Shown here piece after piece: positions 55,323-58,167 of a stretch of DNA of 58,167 bases. Both the position numbers and the translations under genes were made by a program. Every line of letters begins with the position of its first letter. Within the stretch, counting starts at the first letter, position 1. Where the stretch lies: contig NIVC01000454.1 in assembly GCA_002269645.1 (NCBI GenBank), positions 1 to 58,167 on the forward strand, in the 5' to 3' direction. The DNA comes from Macrostomum lignano. Its lineage: Eukaryota. The notes beneath the pieces are model-generated. The model searched no databases and had not been told where the DNA came from. It saw only the letters and a list, made by a program, of their open reading frames with translations.

Positions 55323-58167
55323 TTGGCTTGGGCTGACTGACTTCTAGGCATGAAATTTAGGTGATTGCAGATATTCGTTAAATTTGAAAAACAAAACTGA
55401 TAACCAAAACTAATATGAAAACTTGTTTTATTAAATTGTAGATTACTTATGTATTATATCTAGTGCTGCTAAATTCCCAATGGCTTTGTTATAATGACTA
55501 GTAAAAAGCAAATTAACAGATAAATGTATTTGTTTTTAAACTTTAGTTCAAGATGCAATTTGATACACATTAAACCATTGTCTCTATTTCAAGTTTAAAA
55601 TTTTTTAACTATAAACACAAACATGTATCTAACACAATAGTTTTAAAAATGACTCAAATATGTGTCATGCTAATAAAATGATACATCTTAGATACAAGAA
55701 AACCAAGCCCAAAATGCTTTGGCAATAAGATTTTAAATTTTATGCCAACTTTACAAAAGGCTGTTTTTGGTGTAAACCTTATTAAAATATTCATATTGTA
55801 GATTATAGAAGAGCTTTCTAGCTATTTAATTAAACTAGGCCCCTATTGAACTATAGGTTTTATATTATATTGTATAAAATATAATAAGTTTAACAAATAA
55901 TAAACTAATGATTATAATAGGCCTATAAATTAACATAAGGGCTTATTATTGCTATAAATACAAAGAAATCTATTCATAATCATAGTTAAGATTATATAAT
56001 AGGTCTTGACTCTTGGGTAGAATACATTTTTTAAATATTGAATATATAAAATTAGGCTAGGCCATAAATTTTATAATCTCTACCAATAAAAATTTTATGT
56101 TATAATTGAAATGCACTATTTAATTTAGATACTAGGGCCTAGGGACTACTTTAGAGTTTAGTGACCATTCATACTTAAATCCTTAAATACTAAGCTAAGC
56201 TAACTAATAAAATCTTATGTCAACCAAAGCTATAAATATTTCAAAAATTTGGATCCTGATCTTACTAAATAACCTCTAATCCCTAAATTCTAATATGATA
56301 TCTACAATCCAATCCTCTATATACTAGGCTAGGTCCCTATTCAAAACTTATAGATAGTAGATACTAGATAAGTATATGATCTCAATAGCAAACTACTTAG
56401 AACTTAGGGCCTATCCCAAAAGGCCAAAAATCCTTGGGTTGTAAATCCATGAAGATCTTAACAAAATGTAATAATTTTGACCCTAATATTGGATAGGTCC
56501 ACTTTACTTGGCCCATTGGCACAGGCCTCAATTCCAAAAAGTATCCTCTTCAACCTTGAGTTATTAGCAAGAGATTATTAGAATATCTACTTATAACTTG
56601 TATACTTGTATCCTCTAATCCTAAACCAAAGCTAAGTGGTAACTAATAATAAAATCCTGTCAACCAAACCAAAGTCAAGACGATCCACTGTAAGTTATAA
56701 GTACAATAGATATTATTATTAGCACCTTAGCCTTAGGATGCAAAGGCCCTAGTCCAGAATAAAAAAACAGCTGTCTTTCAGAAGGAGTAGGTCTTATAAT
56801 ACAGTCATTGAGGATATAGACATGATTGATAGAGTTAATTATCTAGTCATTTAATGCTATACTATTTAACTATATTTCAATAACAATTAAAAAAGCAGCT
56901 TGCAAAATTATAAGACAAGCTATCTTCTGATTTTGCTTGCATCTGCTTCCGGAAAAATCCAAATCGCGATAAAAACTTTCGCTAGGCCTAAGCTACGCTA
57001 AGTTGTGGCGAAAAAGTTATTCATCGGTTCATGGGTGTGACTGGTCACTGGTGCATATGGATTGGATGGACCTAGCGAGCGAGCGATACAAAATAATCGT
57101 GTAAAAGCCGATTTTGAAAATTTGGACAACACAAAGAACGCGTGCTCAATGCTCAATGAAATTCTATGGTTACTGGTTCCGGTGTAACAAACAATCCTGA
57201 TGCATGTGTTAGTTATACAAACACATATAACAATAATTTATATTACATGAAGCACTTATATTTTTACGTTGCCTACTTATACGTTGCATGAATTACAATC
57301 GATGCATGCTCATGTACAGTATACATGTACGCATTCGAATTTCATTCAAATTTCTTCCGAATTTTCAACACTGTATGCCATACCTCGATACTGGTACCAA
57401 AAAGCCTTGAATTGCTCACTAAATTTACAACCAAGCCCACACTGCAAGTGCACATGGCTGCGCCGCATCGAAAATTTCGACTTGCATCCAGCTTTACTTT
57501 TACATTTACATTGTGGCGGTGCACAACCGGGATCGAGAGCTTGGGTGTGTTCGCACGCCTGGCTGGTGGGGCGACTGTTGATGTGCCTGGGGCAAATGAC
57601 TCACGCTACTGTTTATGCGAAACTCCCTATGCATGTTTTTCCATTACAGAATAACGCTATAAGAACTTTTGTCTGACAAATAAACTCTGATGATTTTAGG
57701 GAAGCAAGTCTATGAACTTGTCTCTACAGCTGCCGTGTCTCCCAATTCCAGCTGAGCAGAACGCGCCTGAGAGGTTGTTTGCGCGAGAACTGGCAGCAGG
57801 TGTTTGAGGCGATCGACCCGCCTGCAGTAGGCCCTCGGAGCGTAGCAACCCGTATGCAGAAGGAGGGTAATTGCTAAGCCATGCCAGCCCAGACATCAGC
57901 TCTCTCTCTCTGTCCGGCTGCGCTTCATCGCTCGTCTCAGTGGAAACTATGTATGCATGTAGCTCACGAATCTGCAGCAGAATGCGCGATTCCCCCCCCC
58001 CCCATAAATGTTTCTGTCGATGCCAGCGCCCGGCCCAAAAACCCCGCCTCGGCCTCCAATATTTGCGAAAGAAAGCCAGACTGAGCAACAGTCATGCCTG
58101 AGCGGCTGCTGCAGGCAGAGTGAAAAAAGCCAAAGAACAAAGCGGAGAAGAGAATTCTGGGGCGGAG

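Noticed and set aside
57696-58088. 130-aa minus-strand ORF near the window end
   Set aside because: Non-ATG start, crosses homopolymer runs, no family motif; cannot be supported from sequence alone.

Overview
Eukaryotic (animal) genomic DNA with GC-rich exons and introns packed with tandem repeats. The architecture suggests a flatworm such as Macrostomum, but that is an inference I cannot confirm from the sequence. I reconstructed ten host genes by hand from splice sites and reading-frame phase. (1) The 3' part of a TBC1D16-like Rab-GAP with several 1-nt frameshifts. (2) CEP95-like, 5 exons. (3) FBXL4, 5 exons. (4) A single-exon secreted protein with a vWA-like domain lacking MIDAS. (5) A two-exon calmodulin-like gene. 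(6) A complete 3-exon DEG/ENaC channel gene nested antisense in the calmodulin-like intron. (7) A Tctex1-domain dynein light chain. (8) A MYORG-like GH31 glycosidase, 4 exons. (9) A small two-pass membrane protein. (10) RPP21. FBXL4 intron 4 holds a very young Ty3/Gypsy LTR retrotransposon with 200-bp LTRs identical by eye, a GTAG TSD, a tRNA-Leu PBS, and a GGGAAAC -1 slippery site followed by a predicted pseudoknot; a hAT MITE lies next to it. There is also a CORE-type SINE, two foldback elements and about 27 tandem arrays. The most unusual signals are the nested channel gene, a minisatellite built from RFX X-box-like units, X-boxes centred on ATG codons in two ciliary/centrosomal genes, branch-point-like CTRAY motifs in many intronic repeat units, and a 5.8-kb composite satellite bracketed by a 20-bp direct repeat that overlaps the MYORG stop codon. 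Exon boundaries and alignments were done by eye and from recalled family motifs; no database search was run.
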